NCBI GenBank assembly: GCA_052146555.1
Contig: JBKQMU010000083.1
Location: 39,316-103,315, forward strand
DNA length: 64,000 bases
Source: Isosphaeraceae bacterium
Lineage (GTDB): Bacteria; Planctomycetota; Planctomycetia; Isosphaerales; Isosphaeraceae
Reading direction: 5' to 3'
Shown one piece after another: positions 10,540 through 20,599 of this stretch. A program made the translations under genes and the position numbers. Numbering within the stretch: position 1 is the stretch's first letter; each line of letters begins with the position of its first letter. The notes beneath the pieces were generated by a model. It had not been told where the DNA came from. It made no database searches and worked only from the letters and a program-made list of their open reading frames with translations.

Positions 10540-13500
10540 TTAATCTTGAATCTGCTGGCTGCGGCGCGCCCCTAGCCGCTGAACCTGGGGCAGCGCCTCG
10601 GGCGTGAACTTGGGGTTGGCCGACGGGCCCACGACATGCACGATGAAGAACTGCCCGCTCGCCTCGCGCAAGAGGTCGCTGACGACCGGCAGGTGAAACC
10701 GATCACGCCCGTAGAGGACGCGGAGCCGCAAGTCGAGGTTGCCCTGGGGATCGCGGATTCCTTTGCCCTGCAGGCTAAAGGCGGTCCCTGTGAGCTTGAT
10801 CGGGTCGAGGTTCGTCGTCCCCTGGTCGATGAGAAAGGCAACGTCCGCCGAGTCAAAGAGCGTGTTGCCCGAGGTCCGCGGCCCATCGAAAAGTGCGAAA
10901 TTACTGTTGAGAAAGTTGACGAACCGCAGCGCCACCGGCAGCTCGCCGAAATCTCCGTGGGCCATGTGCGCTTCGCCATGGCCCTGGATGCTGCGCGCGT
11001 CGCTGCCCAAGCCGCTGAGGTCGATCGCCGCGCTTAAGCTTCCCCGGAACGACTGGCGGCCGGGCAACGTCTGGGTGTACTTTTCAAGCTGGGCCTGATA
11101 GAGCCGCAAGCTAGCGGTGAACTTGGGCGTCAAGTCGAGGGTGATCGAGCCCTTGCCGCGGAGCCGGCCGGCAAGCAGCTTGGCCTGAAGGTCGTCGAGC
11201 CGGGCCATGCCGCGCTCGATGTGAAAGGGGCTCTCGACCTCGGTGATCTGCTGGCCCATGAAGCTGACGCTCGCCAGCTCGAGGATCCCGTTGACCTCGA
11301 TCGCCTGGCCGTCGGACCAGCCGCGGACCCTCCTGAGCTGGCCCTGGATATGCTCCAGCGGAATCGTCGCCTTCAGCTTGTTGTCGATGAAGACCACGCT
11401 GGTCTCATTCCAGCGGCACCAGGCGGGCTCTCCGGGGTTTCCCGACCAGCCGATCTCAAGGTTGCCCCGGGCCGTGAATGGCCGGCTGTCATCGAGCCGC
11501 AGGGCAAACTGGGCCATCAGTGGCGGCATGATCTTGCGGAGGCTCGAATCGAGCCGGATCTCCTTGACCCAGAGGTTGCTGGCCTCTAGCGCAAATCGGC
11601 CGCTGTCCTCGACGGTCACTGCGCCGGAGTTGAACTGCACGGGGGCGCCATGGAAAAAGAACGTCACGTCGTTCATGGCCACCTTGCCGTTGACGAAATC
11701 GAACCGGCCGCCCACGTTCTCCATCCGCAGCTCAAGCGTCCTGCCCGGTCCAACACCCGGCTGCGGCGACCGCTCGATCAGCAGGCGCACGCTCGTCTCA
11801 GGCTTGGGCACGATCGTGATGTGGTTCACCTCGGGAACGCCCGGCTCGATCCGAATCGTGGCTGCGACGTCGCTGGCGCCCGCGGGGTTGATGATCGACC
11901 AGGTCTTCCGCCAGGCCGGCTGCAGCGCCTTGCGCAAATCATCGTTGAAGGGAAGGTTTTCCGCCGCGATCTTGAGGTCGATCTTGAGGGGCGGCTCACC
12001 GCTGGACAGTTTGGGCCCGGGGAGCTTCCAGACCTCGCCGTCGCCTCTGATCTGCGCCTGGCCGTTCTTCCCCCGCATGTTCTTGAACACCCAATGATCC
12101 GGGTGCAGCTCGAGCTTTCCGGTGAGGTTGCGAATCGGATAAGGCAAGCCGGCCCAGGTGATCTCGCACCGGGGGTTCAGATCAAGATCGGCGTGGACTT
12201 CCACATGCCCTTCGGGCTTGGCTCCCGGCCCGTGCATCGGCCTGCGCGTCACCTGGACGGCGGCCTTGACCGAGCCGGCGGGATGAAACTGCGAGACGAC
12301 TTTGCGCATGCCCGTCGGCAGCGCGGTCATGAACGTATCGTCGATCGGAACCGACTGGGCATCGATCTGAAGCGCGACGACGGCCTCGGGGCCGGGGTTG
12401 TCGATCACTCCGTGCATGGTGGCGGGCCGCTCGCCGATCAGGCCGCGCATCTCGACGCCCAGCCGCTGCTTCTCGAACGTCAATTGCCCGCTCATGTGTT
12501 CCAGCGGATAACGAAAATGACGATACTCGGCCGCCACGTCGCGACAGACGACCGTGGCGCCTGCGCCCACGGGGCCCTCTTCGCGCTCCCGGGCCAAGTG
12601 CAAATAGGCGTCGACCTGGCCGCGCGGCTTGAAGACGTCCCAGAGCTCGGCGAAGTGTGCTGGGGTTACCTCTTGAAGCCGCCGGTCGAGCTCCAGCCGC
12701 AAGAGATCGACGCGAAGATCAAACGGGCAGGTCGCCGGGTTGACCCCAGCCAGCGTACCGGCTGCGCGCACGATCGTGCTGCCGTTGGTTCCCTCAGCGT
12801 GCTTGATCGACACCTGGCCGTTGCGGATGGTCACATGCGCGCCCAGATCGTTGATCGGAAAGGGGAGCGAGGGACATTCCCAGACGCCGCCGCGCAGCCG
12901 CAGGGTCGCATCGTATTCAGCTCGCTCTTGGCGCGCGGCCGGGTGAATCGTCAGCCGGCGCAGCTCCAGGTCGACCTCCCCTCGGTTCAGCGCCACGGCC
13001 TCAAACGGCTGGCGCAATTCCGGCGGCAGCCGGCGATGCAAGTTTTCCGAGATGGTCAGCCCCGCCAGCTCACCGCCGAGAGTCGTCTCGCCGGTGGTCG
13101 GATCGATCGAGCCCTCAAGCGCGAGTTTCTCGAACAGGTCGCCGTGGGCCGATCCCTCGAAGTGCAGGCGGCCACTGGCATCAGTCTCGATCTTCAAGAA
13201 AACATCACGCAAGATCGCCACGTCGCCGCCAGCCGCGGATGAGGGCTGAGGTGCTGATCCGCCCTCCGCGTCGTCACTGCCTAGAAGCTGGATCGTGCCG
13301 TTGCGAATGAAGATCGGGGGCGGATTCTGGATCGCCGGGGCCGGCCAGGGGTCCGCGATCAATCCTTGAAGGTTCCACGTACCGTCGCGCCGCCGGCAGA
13401 GACGGAGCGTGGGTTGCGAGATGATCACCGCACTCGGTTCGAAGCGGCCGTGCAAGAGCTGGCGGGCGTCCAGGCGCATGCTGATCCAGGGAATCTTGCC

Positions 13501-13764
13501 GGTCAAGAAAGGTTGGCCGTCGATCCACTGGCGGAGCTGAACTTGAGTCACCGTGATCTGGCCCCGCCAGAGCCCGATATTCACCTTGCCGGTCTCGACG
13601 ACCGCCCGGGGCAAGAAACGGAGAGCCTCGCCCCTGATCACCCTCGCCGCCGTCTCACCACTGGTGAGAAGCGCATACCCGAACCACGCGGCGGCAGCCG
13701 ATAGCAAGAGCAGGAGCAAGAGCCCCCACGCCATGATTTTTCCCAGCCGTCTAGCCAGCCGCAT
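10540..13764 (-). CDS. AsmA-like (bridge-like lipid transfer) protein
   Basis: N-terminal TM anchor, long beta-rich body, AsmA_2-like C-terminus (FDSADVAFLIDQG...GTAFSLQGKG...LDLRL). Confidence 0.75.
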   Translation of the reverse strand: MRLARRLGKIMAWGLLLLLLLSAAAAWFGYALLTSGETAARVIRGEALRFLPRAVVETGKVNIGLWRGQITVTQVQLRQWIDGQPFLTGKIPWISMRLDARQLLHGRFEPSAVIISQPTLRLCRRRDGTWNLQGLIADPWPAPAIQNPPPIFIRNGTIQLLGSDDAEGGSAPQPSSAAGGDVAILRDVFLKIETDASGRLHFEGSAHGDLFEKLALEGSIDPTTGETTLGGELAGLTISENLHRRLPPELRQPFEAVALNRGEVDLELRRLTIHPAARQERAEYDATLRLRGGVWECPSLPFPINDLGAHVTIRNGQVSIKHAEGTNGSTIVRAAGTLAGVNPATCPFDLRVDLLRLELDRRLQEVTPAHFAELWDVFKPRGQVDAYLHLAREREEGPVGAGATVVCRDVAAEYRHFRYPLEHMSGQLTFEKQRLGVEMRGLIGERPATMHGVIDNPGPEAVVALQIDAQSVPIDDTFMTALPTGMRKVVSQFHPAGSVKAAVQVTRRPMHGPGAKPEGHVEVHADLDLNPRCEITWAGLPYPIRNLTGKLELHPDHWVFKNMRGKNGQAQIRGDGEVWKLPGPKLSSGEPPLKIDLKIAAENLPFNDDLRKALQPAWRKTWSIINPAGASDVAATIRIEPGVPEVNHITIVPKPETSVRLLIERSPQPGVGPGRTLELRMENVGGRFDFVNGKVAMNDVTFFFHGAPVQFNSGAVTVEDSGRFALEASNLWVKEIRLDSSLRKIMPPLMAQFALRLDDSRPFTARGNLEIGWSGNPGEPAWCRWNETSVVFIDNKLKATIPLEHIQGQLRRVRGWSDGQAIEVNGILELASVSFMGQQITEVESPFHIERGMARLDDLQAKLLAGRLRGKGSITLDLTPKFTASLRLYQAQLEKYTQTLPGRQSFRGSLSAAIDLSGLGSDARSIQGHGEAHMAHGDFGELPVALRFVNFLNSNFALFDGPRTSGNTLFDSADVAFLIDQGTTNLDPIKLTGTAFSLQGKGIRDPQGNLDLRLRVLYGRDRFHLPVVSDLLREASGQFFIVHVVGPSANPKFTPEALPQVQRLGARRSQQIQD

Positions 13765-13825
13765 CCACGGGTCCTCAATAGGACAGGGCGCTGCCCTACG
13801 TTCACAAGATCATCACCGCATCTTT

Positions 13826-14059
13826 CCTTCTCCCCGTGGGAGAAGGTGGCCGAAGGCCGGATGAGGGGGAATCGACAGGTCCACGCGTCCCTCAACCGCC
13901 GCTGCGCGGCACCTTCTCCCGGGGGCAGAAGGCATCTTTTTTCCCTTCTCCCTGTGGGAGAAGGTGGCCGAAGGCCGGATGAGGGAGTGAACAGGTCCAG
14001 GCGCCGACCACCCGCCCCTCAACCGCCGCTGCGCGGCACCTTCTCCCGGGAGGAGAAGG
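13826..14059. repeat. REP-like cluster, family B (CCTTCTCCC-n-GGGAGAAGG hairpins), two tandem composite units
   Basis: Repeated GGGAGAAGGTGGCCGAAGGCCGGATGAGGG and CCCTCAACCGCCGCTGCGCGGCACCTTCTCCC modules. Confidence 0.85.
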
Positions 14060-14138
14060 TATGACTGCAAGACCCTCTCCTGACCGCTCAACACAACGCG
14101 CGAACATACCACTCTTATGTCCCACCCGCCCCTCAACC

Positions 14139-15530
14139 TCACATTCCCTCGCGATCGTCGCCGGCACGCATGATACCGACCCTCCGCGCCCAATCAAAGA
14201 GCCCCACGGCCGCCAGGCTCATCGCGGGGACCTCGGCGGGAATCCGGTACCGCATCGAGCTGGCGAAAAACAGATGCAGCGCGCAGAAGTAAAAGAGAGG
14301 CCCGGCCAGAAGCACCCAGGCTCTCAGGTCGCGTCGCCGGCACCAGAGCCCCAGGCCAATCAAAACGAGCAGCGGAACAGCAAAGAGCGTGCCGCCTACG
14401 GCCAGGACAGGCGAGCGAAAACCCTCGGCGCTGGGCCACGGGCTCCAGTATCGGCCCAGTTTGATCGCGGCCAATTCGAACGTCCTGCGTGGATGCTGGC
14501 GCAGGAAGTCCAGCGCCCGGGATAAGAGGACGCGATCCTGGTCCAGCTCGTCGAGCGGCCAGATATCCGGCTCGCTCAGGAAGCTCAGATCGCTTGCGCC
14601 TGTGGCGCGCGGGTTCAAGCCATCGTAAAGGCTGGCGCCCATCCAGACGGCCGTCGGCACGAACCGCCCGAAGACCCGGGCATTGCGAACCCACCAGGGC
14701 CCCATCACGAGTACCAAGCCGGCCAGAACGAGCGCCACGACCCGGGTCGTCCGGGCGATGCGCCGCCCTGGCGTCTGGTCCGGCGTGCGGAGCGACGCCC
14801 ACGCCCAGGCCGCCAGCGTAATCGGCACAAAGAGTGCCCACGACGGCCGTGTCAAGATCGCCGCGCCGCTGGCGGCCCCGACTCCCAGCGCGATCAAAGC
14901 CTCGCGCACCGCGGGCCGCGGCCGGCTTGGTTCTGCTTCCGGCCCGTTCCAGAGGACGGCCTGACCCCAGAGCGCAAGGAGCATGAAGGGAACGAAGAGC
15001 GCTTCGGAGAGGATCACCGCCGACATCAAGAGGAAATACGGATGCACCGCGGTAAGAACCGCGGCCGCGACCGGAATCGGAACCGTCCAAGTATGGCGGA
15101 GGGCTCGAACCGGTGCCTGATTCTCGCCGAGCGACGCCTGTCCCCGGCGGCCAGCCGCTTCGCAGGCGCGGCTGAGCCGGTAGACGAGCCAGACCGAGAG
15201 AGCGCCCAGCACCGCCTGCACGAGGCGCACGCCGAGCGGCCGATCTCCCAGCACCGCCTGAGTAGCCGCCAGAAACGCGGGATAACCCGGCGTCCGCAGC
15301 GCGAAGTGGGGAATATCGCCCCATTCCACCACCTCATACAAGGTTCCCACGCGGATGGTCCGCGCCAGGCTCCAGTAATACTCGGCGTCGGGAAAGAGAC
15401 AGATCCGGACCGAGCCGGAACCCTTGCGCCTGACGTACCACTCAACCACACCCGCCGCGGCCAGCCGCGCCAAGAGCGCCAGCTCGAGGACTCGCCAGGG
15501 CAGGCGCGATCGACGTGTTGGCTCGGACAT
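14139..15530 (-). CDS. ArnT/PMT-like (GT39) membrane glycosyltransferase
   Basis: FPDAEYYW, RTPGYPAFL, ILSEALF, AILTRP, PWWVRNA; many TM helices. ATG 15530 chosen (ORF extends to 15596). Confidence 0.8.
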   Translation of the reverse strand: MSEPTRRSRLPWRVLELALLARLAAAGVVEWYVRRKGSGSVRICLFPDAEYYWSLARTIRVGTLYEVVEWGDIPHFALRTPGYPAFLAATQAVLGDRPLGVRLVQAVLGALSVWLVYRLSRACEAAGRRGQASLGENQAPVRALRHTWTVPIPVAAAVLTAVHPYFLLMSAVILSEALFVPFMLLALWGQAVLWNGPEAEPSRPRPAVREALIALGVGAASGAAILTRPSWALFVPITLAAWAWASLRTPDQTPGRRIARTTRVVALVLAGLVLVMGPWWVRNARVFGRFVPTAVWMGASLYDGLNPRATGASDLSFLSEPDIWPLDELDQDRVLLSRALDFLRQHPRRTFELAAIKLGRYWSPWPSAEGFRSPVLAVGGTLFAVPLLVLIGLGLWCRRRDLRAWVLLAGPLFYFCALHLFFASSMRYRIPAEVPAMSLAAVGLFDWARRVGIMRAGDDREGM

Positions 15531-15752
15531 ACGCGGCCGCCGCTCCCGGTCTTGGACTGGCTCGCACTCTCGCTTTGAGGACGATTTCCAGGCCACCGGC
15601 CGGACGTGACCGGGCCAGCCCGCGGATCGTATGTTAAAGCGGCCAGAGCGTCAATGACAAGTAGGTGGGGTGGTTGATTGGGTTGATTGGAGCGTAGCCG
15701 CGTAGTTGGGGCGTCTTCGAGAAAAGTAGGTCTCACACAAAATTTGCCGGGC

Positions 15753-15840
15753 CACGCTTGCGTCTTCGCAAGCGTGCGGGAGTCGGCGAGCGATCCCCCG
15801 CATGCCCGGCACGCTCACGCGGACGTTGACAGCACGGCCC
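15753..15840. repeat. REP-like element, family C, at a gene-truncation point
   Basis: CACGCTTGCG-TCTT-CGCAAGCGTG...CCCCGCATG...CTCACGCGGAC, colinear with the reverse complement of 9984-10074. Confidence 0.6.
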
Positions 15841-16472
15841 GCGTCTGGAGTTCGGAGCCGCCGAGCGTTTCCATCGATCAGGTCCGCCGCCGGTCCGCCG
15901 TCGAGCTCGTCTCCACGCTCTTCGAGACCCACCTGCTGAAGACCCAGGTGAAGGCCGCGATCCAGTCCGATCCCGCGCTCCACGAGCCGCTGCGCAGCCT
16001 TGCACTGGAAATCGCCGACCGCCGCGGCGAGGACGCCCAAGCGCTCTATGATTGGGCGTGGCTGTGCATCCTGCGCCCGGAGACGTCGCCGGAATTGTCC
16101 CGCCAGGCACAGAAGCGCCTGGAAGCCGCCTGCAGCCTGGTGGCCGACGATCCCGATCGCCGCAACGAGTATTGCCACGTCCTGGCCTTGGCACTCTACC
16201 GTGCTGGTCGGGCCGACGAAGCCCTCCGGGTGGTTGCTCGCCTGAACGGCGATCTCAGCCAGAACGGCGACGCGAGCCCGCTTTCGATCGACCTGGCCGT
16301 CACCGCGCTGGCCAGCCAGAAGCTCGGCCGCCACGCCGAAGCCCTCGCCGCCCGCGACCGGCTGCGAGCACTCGCCAGCGCCCACCCCGACGATCAGCAA
16401 GCCGCCGGCTTTTTGCATGAGGTCGAGTCGGTCGTGCATGAGATAGGCACCCGGAAGATTGATCGTTATTGA
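15828..16472 (+). pseudogene. 5'-truncated remnant resembling the C-terminus of WD40/TPR Ser/Thr kinases
   Basis: DSTARVW (WD-repeat end), helical LVSTLF...ALEIA segment, TPR-like YCHVLALALYRAG and DLAVTALASQKLG; no credible start/RBS. Confidence 0.6.
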
Positions 16473-16482
16473 CCTCCGGTGG

Positions 16483-16751
16483 CTAGTTCTACTGTATCGG
16501 GTCGCCATCGAGACACAAACCTTTTGATGTCGTGTACTTATGAAGAATTCGCTCGGCAAGAGCCCCTGAGCCCTCGGATCGACCCATTTTTTCAGTGCTC
16601 GCAAGGAAACTCCGATTTTTTCAGGCAACCGCCGGCATCCGCTTGTCTGTAGTATGTCGACAAAACTCGCGAGCACCAGAAATTGCAGAAAATCTAACCT
16701 AAGCCACTGAAACAAGTTCCGCCGCGTCTGGACCCGATACAGTAGAACTAG
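16483..16751. mobile_element. MITE-like / internally deleted IS (269 bp)
   Basis: Perfect 21-bp terminal inverted repeats CTAGTTCTACTGTATCGGGTC (16483-16503) and GACCCGATACAGTAGAACTAG (16731-16751); no transposase inside. Confidence 0.8.
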
Positions 16752-16832
16752 AGGAAAGAAAGAAGAAAGAAAAGGACATGGAAAAAAGGAAGAAAGAAAA
16801 AGAAGAAGAAGAAAAGAAAAGGACATGCAATG
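16752..16832 (-). repeat. Low-complexity purine tract anchored on a CATTGCATGTCCTTTT core (minus strand)
   Basis: AAAGGACATG occurs twice amid AAG/AAAG stutter. Confidence 0.75.
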
Positions 16833-16911
16833 TTTTCACATAGCGAACGGCAATAATGAGCAAGTCATTGTGCTGGGTCGTGATCCAGCCTACTCGACTG
16901 ACCCCTTCGCT

Positions 16912-17595
16912 TCATTCGCTATTGTAGAGTTGCGGCAGAAAGTTCTCCAATGAGCCCATCTCTTCAACGGCGTGCTTGAGCCAGGCGTGTCCTTTCGCAT
17001 TGGGGAACATCAGCGCGCTCACCGGCTTGGAGAGTACCCAGAGTTTCATGTTTCCCGGCGTGATCAGGCGGTGTTCAAAGCGCGTTCCGCCTTCCGTCTG
17101 ATGGAAGTCGTGCTCCATCCGCACGATCGAGAGACCGGCGACGACGACGTTGTTGATGAAGCCGGTTTCGTCGAGCTTCTCGATTCTCGCGGTGACATCG
17201 GTCTTATAACGCGGGTTTCGAGCGATGAATTCGCAAATTCGGATCTGCGCTCCGGGCCCTATTGACCCGTCCGGAGAGCGTCGCACGTAGCGCACCCAAC
17301 AGTGATCGAGGGGGTGGAAAACGCGGTACCGGCTGAGAAGGCTGCCCCCGATCTCGACTTCGCCTTCAAGGTGACCGAACCACCAGACGAGCATCTTGGG
17401 AGTAATGCCCTTGAGGAATTCGTCGACCCAAAAACACCTGCGTCCGTCTGCGAGAGTCTTCAGCCCGGACCTCGCCGAAGAAAATGGCTTGAGCTCCCAT
17501 GGCAGGGAGAGCGGTTCCGGTGGCGTGGAGCTCGAAGGACCCGTGTTCATTGAATCTGTGCCTGGCGCGGCCTTCAGGTCGGCGTCCGAAGGCAC
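16912..17595 (-). CDS. DAPG hydrolase PhlG-like protein
   Basis: GITPKMLVWWF, RYRVFHPLDH, ICE, WLKHAVEEM...FLPQLY; the H/E/H-x3-E pattern matches PhlG Zn ligands. Start 17595 or 17550. Confidence 0.65.
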   Translation of the reverse strand: MPSDADLKAAPGTDSMNTGPSSSTPPEPLSLPWELKPFSSARSGLKTLADGRRCFWVDEFLKGITPKMLVWWFGHLEGEVEIGGSLLSRYRVFHPLDHCWVRYVRRSPDGSIGPGAQIRICEFIARNPRYKTDVTARIEKLDETGFINNVVVAGLSIVRMEHDFHQTEGGTRFEHRLITPGNMKLWVLSKPVSALMFPNAKGHAWLKHAVEEMGSLENFLPQLYNSE

Positions 17596-17975
17596 GTTTT
17601 CGCCCGCAAGCTGAGAGGTTGAGATAGCTTCGGTTCGATGAACGCCATCGGATTAAGTGCCTTGCGCCTCGTTAGCCGCGGGCTTTCATCTTCCTTGAAA
17701 CTGCGCCTTAAGTATAGTGTAGTGTGTCAGCCCAAGTGGCACAAAGCCTTGGTTAGAAATCAGCCTCCTTCGGGGGTTCGATGATGAGAACCTGGAGGTC
17801 CGATAATGAGCGTTGCCCCAAACGCCGCAATTCGACGCTGGTGCTCTGTCACTTCTTGATTATCGGCTAAACACAGGACAGTTTCTCTCGAGAATCATCT
17901 GCTTTCATGCACCATTCGTTGCTGAGACGGACTGCAAACGGGGAGAATCGCTGAAAATCAGTGTCAAAATGGATA

Positions 17976-18610
17976 ACTATGCATGTCCTTTCCTTTCTTC
18001 CGGGGCGGGATTATGCGTTGTTTACTAGCATTCTAATCTAAATCCATATAAAAAGACGTATCTATCTCACATACTTTGCCGTCACTAAACCACAGCTTTC
18101 GGGTCCAGTAGTTCCCAAATGGTTTACCCGCGCGTGTGTAATTCCACACTTCGCGTCTGTATTCCCACACTTCGCCCTCCGATTCTCCTGGAGTATCCCA
18201 ATTGACATCAATTCGTCCCAATGGCGGCCCCATGATTTCCTCGACCTGACGAGCACTCATTCCAATTCGCAGGGAACGAAACGATGACTCATTGTACCCT
18301 TCTGCATAAACTGTCGACGTATGATTATCAAGTGAACATATACAATAGAGAAGCACATCCAATGGACTGGGGTTATTAAAGATCATATGCACGGTGCAAG
18401 AAAAAACTATCCCGGCCATGGCCACAGCGGCTGCCATACGCCACACGCTAGGGTGTACCTTCCACAGTCGCATCGCATCGATCCCACTTAAAAGGAGGGG
18501 CAGCGGTTGGACGCCGCTCGCGGTGCAGCCCTCAGAGCAAAAAGCTCGGTCCAATCCTGAACAGGCACGCTATCACGGGCCACTATTATGGACCACTATG
18601 CATGTCCTTT
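17976..18610. repeat. 16-bp perfect direct repeats ACTATGCATGTCCTTT (17976-17991, 18595-18610)
   Basis: Read directly; each copy is followed by a short pyrimidine stutter. Confidence 0.85.
18033..18473 (-). CDS. Hypothetical membrane-anchored protein with SmpA/BamE-like domain
   Basis: TM segment, then LRIGMSARQVEEIMGPP...WNY...KLWFSDGKV; visibly AT-richer than the flanks. Confidence 0.55.
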   Translation of the reverse strand: MRLWKVHPSVWRMAAAVAMAGIVFSCTVHMIFNNPSPLDVLLYCICSLDNHTSTVYAEGYNESSFRSLRIGMSARQVEEIMGPPLGRIDVNWDTPGESEGEVWEYRREVWNYTRAGKPFGNYWTRKLWFSDGKVCEIDTSFYMDLD

Positions 18611-18857
18611 TCTCCCCCTTTCTCCCCTGCTTGAGGTCCAGCCGAAAATTTATCCATTTATCCAGGGATGTGTCTCAAGAAATGTCCACTCGCCGCTCGC
18701 TGTAAGTTTCTTGAGAACTGTGAGTTATGACTTGTGCTAGAGTGGGTTGTCCAATATTCTGTCCAATCTTTTGTCCGGCACAATGTCGTGTCAAGGTCTC
18801 CACTTGGCGTTTTCCCCATGTTCGCGACGTGCCGGTCCGGTGCGGGTCGATCCGCCG

Positions 18858-20306
18858 TCAGGAAGGCTCACTCGGTTCCCACCGCAGGCCGAGCTTTCTC
18901 CGAGTCTGCTCGCTCACCTTGACGCGGTCGGCGATCCGCTGGCCGACCACCCAGATGATGCCCTCGGCGTCGCAGAGCAGGGGGGTGAAAGGTCGATCCT
19001 CGCGGGCGACTTTCCGGCCGCGAAAGAAGTCGCGCAGCGGCGTGCTCTTGCCGCCCATGCCCAGGGGCTCAAACCGGTCGCCAGGCCGCGGCGCTCGGAT
19101 GAAAAGTGGCGGAACGACCCGGTCCAGGTCGATCGTCTCATCACGCAGGGCGTCTTCGTCCAGCAAGAGGTGCAGTGTGCCGGTACTCCAGGCGGCCGAC
19201 CCGGGCACCTCGAGAACCGTGACTTGCGACGGAGCCGGCCGGCCCGCGTTCCTCGAACCGGCGAGGACTCGTTTCAAAAGGAATCGCTCAGGCGGTGCGG
19301 TGGCGCTTCCTGTCGTGAAGAGCTCGATTCCGCCGCCGATCGCCAGGCCGCTCAACTCCCCTTTGCGTGCAAGTGCCGCCAGGCGACGCCAGCGCCGCTG
19401 CGACATGCCGCGCTCGGGCCAGCCCACAGCCCGCCAGGCCCTGCGCAAGAGCTCGGTCCGCACGAAAAGCGGCAGCCCGCGAAGTCGATCGCGGTCAAGC
19501 TCGATCCTATCATCGGATGCGTGGCAGATCGCCTCCTGGCCCAGCGAGTGCAGCCAGTGGTCCAGGGCACGCTCGGATTGGGCAGCGAGGCTGCCTAGCC
19601 GGACGAGCGCGGAGACGACGCGGGGATTGTACTCGTCGGCCAGGCGCGGGAGCATATCGTGGCGGATCCGCGCCCGGGTCCGCGAGAGATCGAGGTTGCT
19701 GGCGTCGTCGCGGTACTCTTGCCCCAGTTCCGCCAGATGCGCGCGAATGGCCTGGCGCGAAACCGAGAGCAAGGGCCGCACGAGCAGAATCGGCGGCTGG
19801 TTGCAGAGCCAGCGCTCTCTTGGCATGCCCGCGATGCCCCGCAGCCCACTTCCCCGCACGATCCGGTGGAGGATGGTCTCGGCCTGGTCGTCGAGCGTAT
19901 GGCCGACGGCGATAGCCGAGGCGCCACGGGCCTGGGCCTGCTCGATCAGCCAGGCATAGCGAGCGCGGCGGGCATCGGCCTCGAAGTGGCTTTTCCGCGG
20001 CGGCTGCCAGGAGCCCAGGTCCACGGGCAGCCCCAGATGATGCGCCAGCGTCATTACCAACGCGGCGTCGGCCTCTGCGGCCTCGCCCCGTGTGCCGTGA
20101 TTGAGGTGCGCCACCGAGAGCGACAGCCCCAGCTCCGGCGCAAGCTCCGCCAGGACCCGCAGCAAGCCGGTACTGTCAGAACCCCCCGAGACGGCCACAA
20201 CCCACGCTGTGCCCGCCCCCCGGGCGATCCACCGCTCGATCTTGCGGCGAACCTCCGCAAGCCAGGAGGGGCGTCGCTCGGAATCAAGGGCGCGATCGGG
20301 TGTCAT
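18858..20306 (-). CDS. tilS: tRNA(Ile)-lysidine synthetase
   Basis: VAVSGGSDS PP-loop, HLNHGTRG, GHTLDDQAETILHRIVRG, LVRPLL, TilS_C tail. Confidence 0.96.
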   Translation of the reverse strand: MTPDRALDSERRPSWLAEVRRKIERWIARGAGTAWVVAVSGGSDSTGLLRVLAELAPELGLSLSVAHLNHGTRGEAAEADAALVMTLAHHLGLPVDLGSWQPPRKSHFEADARRARYAWLIEQAQARGASAIAVGHTLDDQAETILHRIVRGSGLRGIAGMPRERWLCNQPPILLVRPLLSVSRQAIRAHLAELGQEYRDDASNLDLSRTRARIRHDMLPRLADEYNPRVVSALVRLGSLAAQSERALDHWLHSLGQEAICHASDDRIELDRDRLRGLPLFVRTELLRRAWRAVGWPERGMSQRRWRRLAALARKGELSGLAIGGGIELFTTGSATAPPERFLLKRVLAGSRNAGRPAPSQVTVLEVPGSAAWSTGTLHLLLDEDALRDETIDLDRVVPPLFIRAPRPGDRFEPLGMGGKSTPLRDFFRGRKVAREDRPFTPLLCDAEGIIWVVGQRIADRVKVSEQTRRKLGLRWEPSEPS

Positions 20307-20345
20307 GACTGATGGAGAGCGGAAGAACGACGAGCCCAGCCTTTA

Positions 20346-20498
20346 CCTTCTCCCTCGAGGGAGCGGGGGGAACCCGGGGAACCCGCGTGCGGGTCGCGGG
20401 GTCGGGCCGGAACGGCCGGATGAGGGGGCTCCATCACGACGCTTGCTTCCCACCCCTCAACCGCCGCTGCGCGGCACCTTCTCCCGGTGGGAGAAGGG
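20346..20498. repeat. REP-like element, family B
   Basis: GGCCGGATGAGGGG...CCCCTCAACCGCCGCTGCGCGGCACCTTCTCCCGGTGGGAGAAGGG. Confidence 0.8.
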
Positions 20499-20599
20499 AT
20501 GGTCACACCGGCCTTCCTTGATCGTCGCCTCCGGAAGAGAAAAAGACCAGTAGGCAGTTTGGGACTGAAAACAGGTGCGCGCTGTCGTATCATCGGCTC

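Noticed and set aside
15651-16826. 391-aa minus-strand ORF
   Set aside because: Starts in the low-complexity tract, crosses the MITE and is antisense to the TPR remnant.
17700-17975. Possible IS end and transposase fragment (TAGTGTAGTGTGTCA...)
   Set aside because: No matching inverted partner or transposase motif found; 18690-18790 is similarly unresolved.
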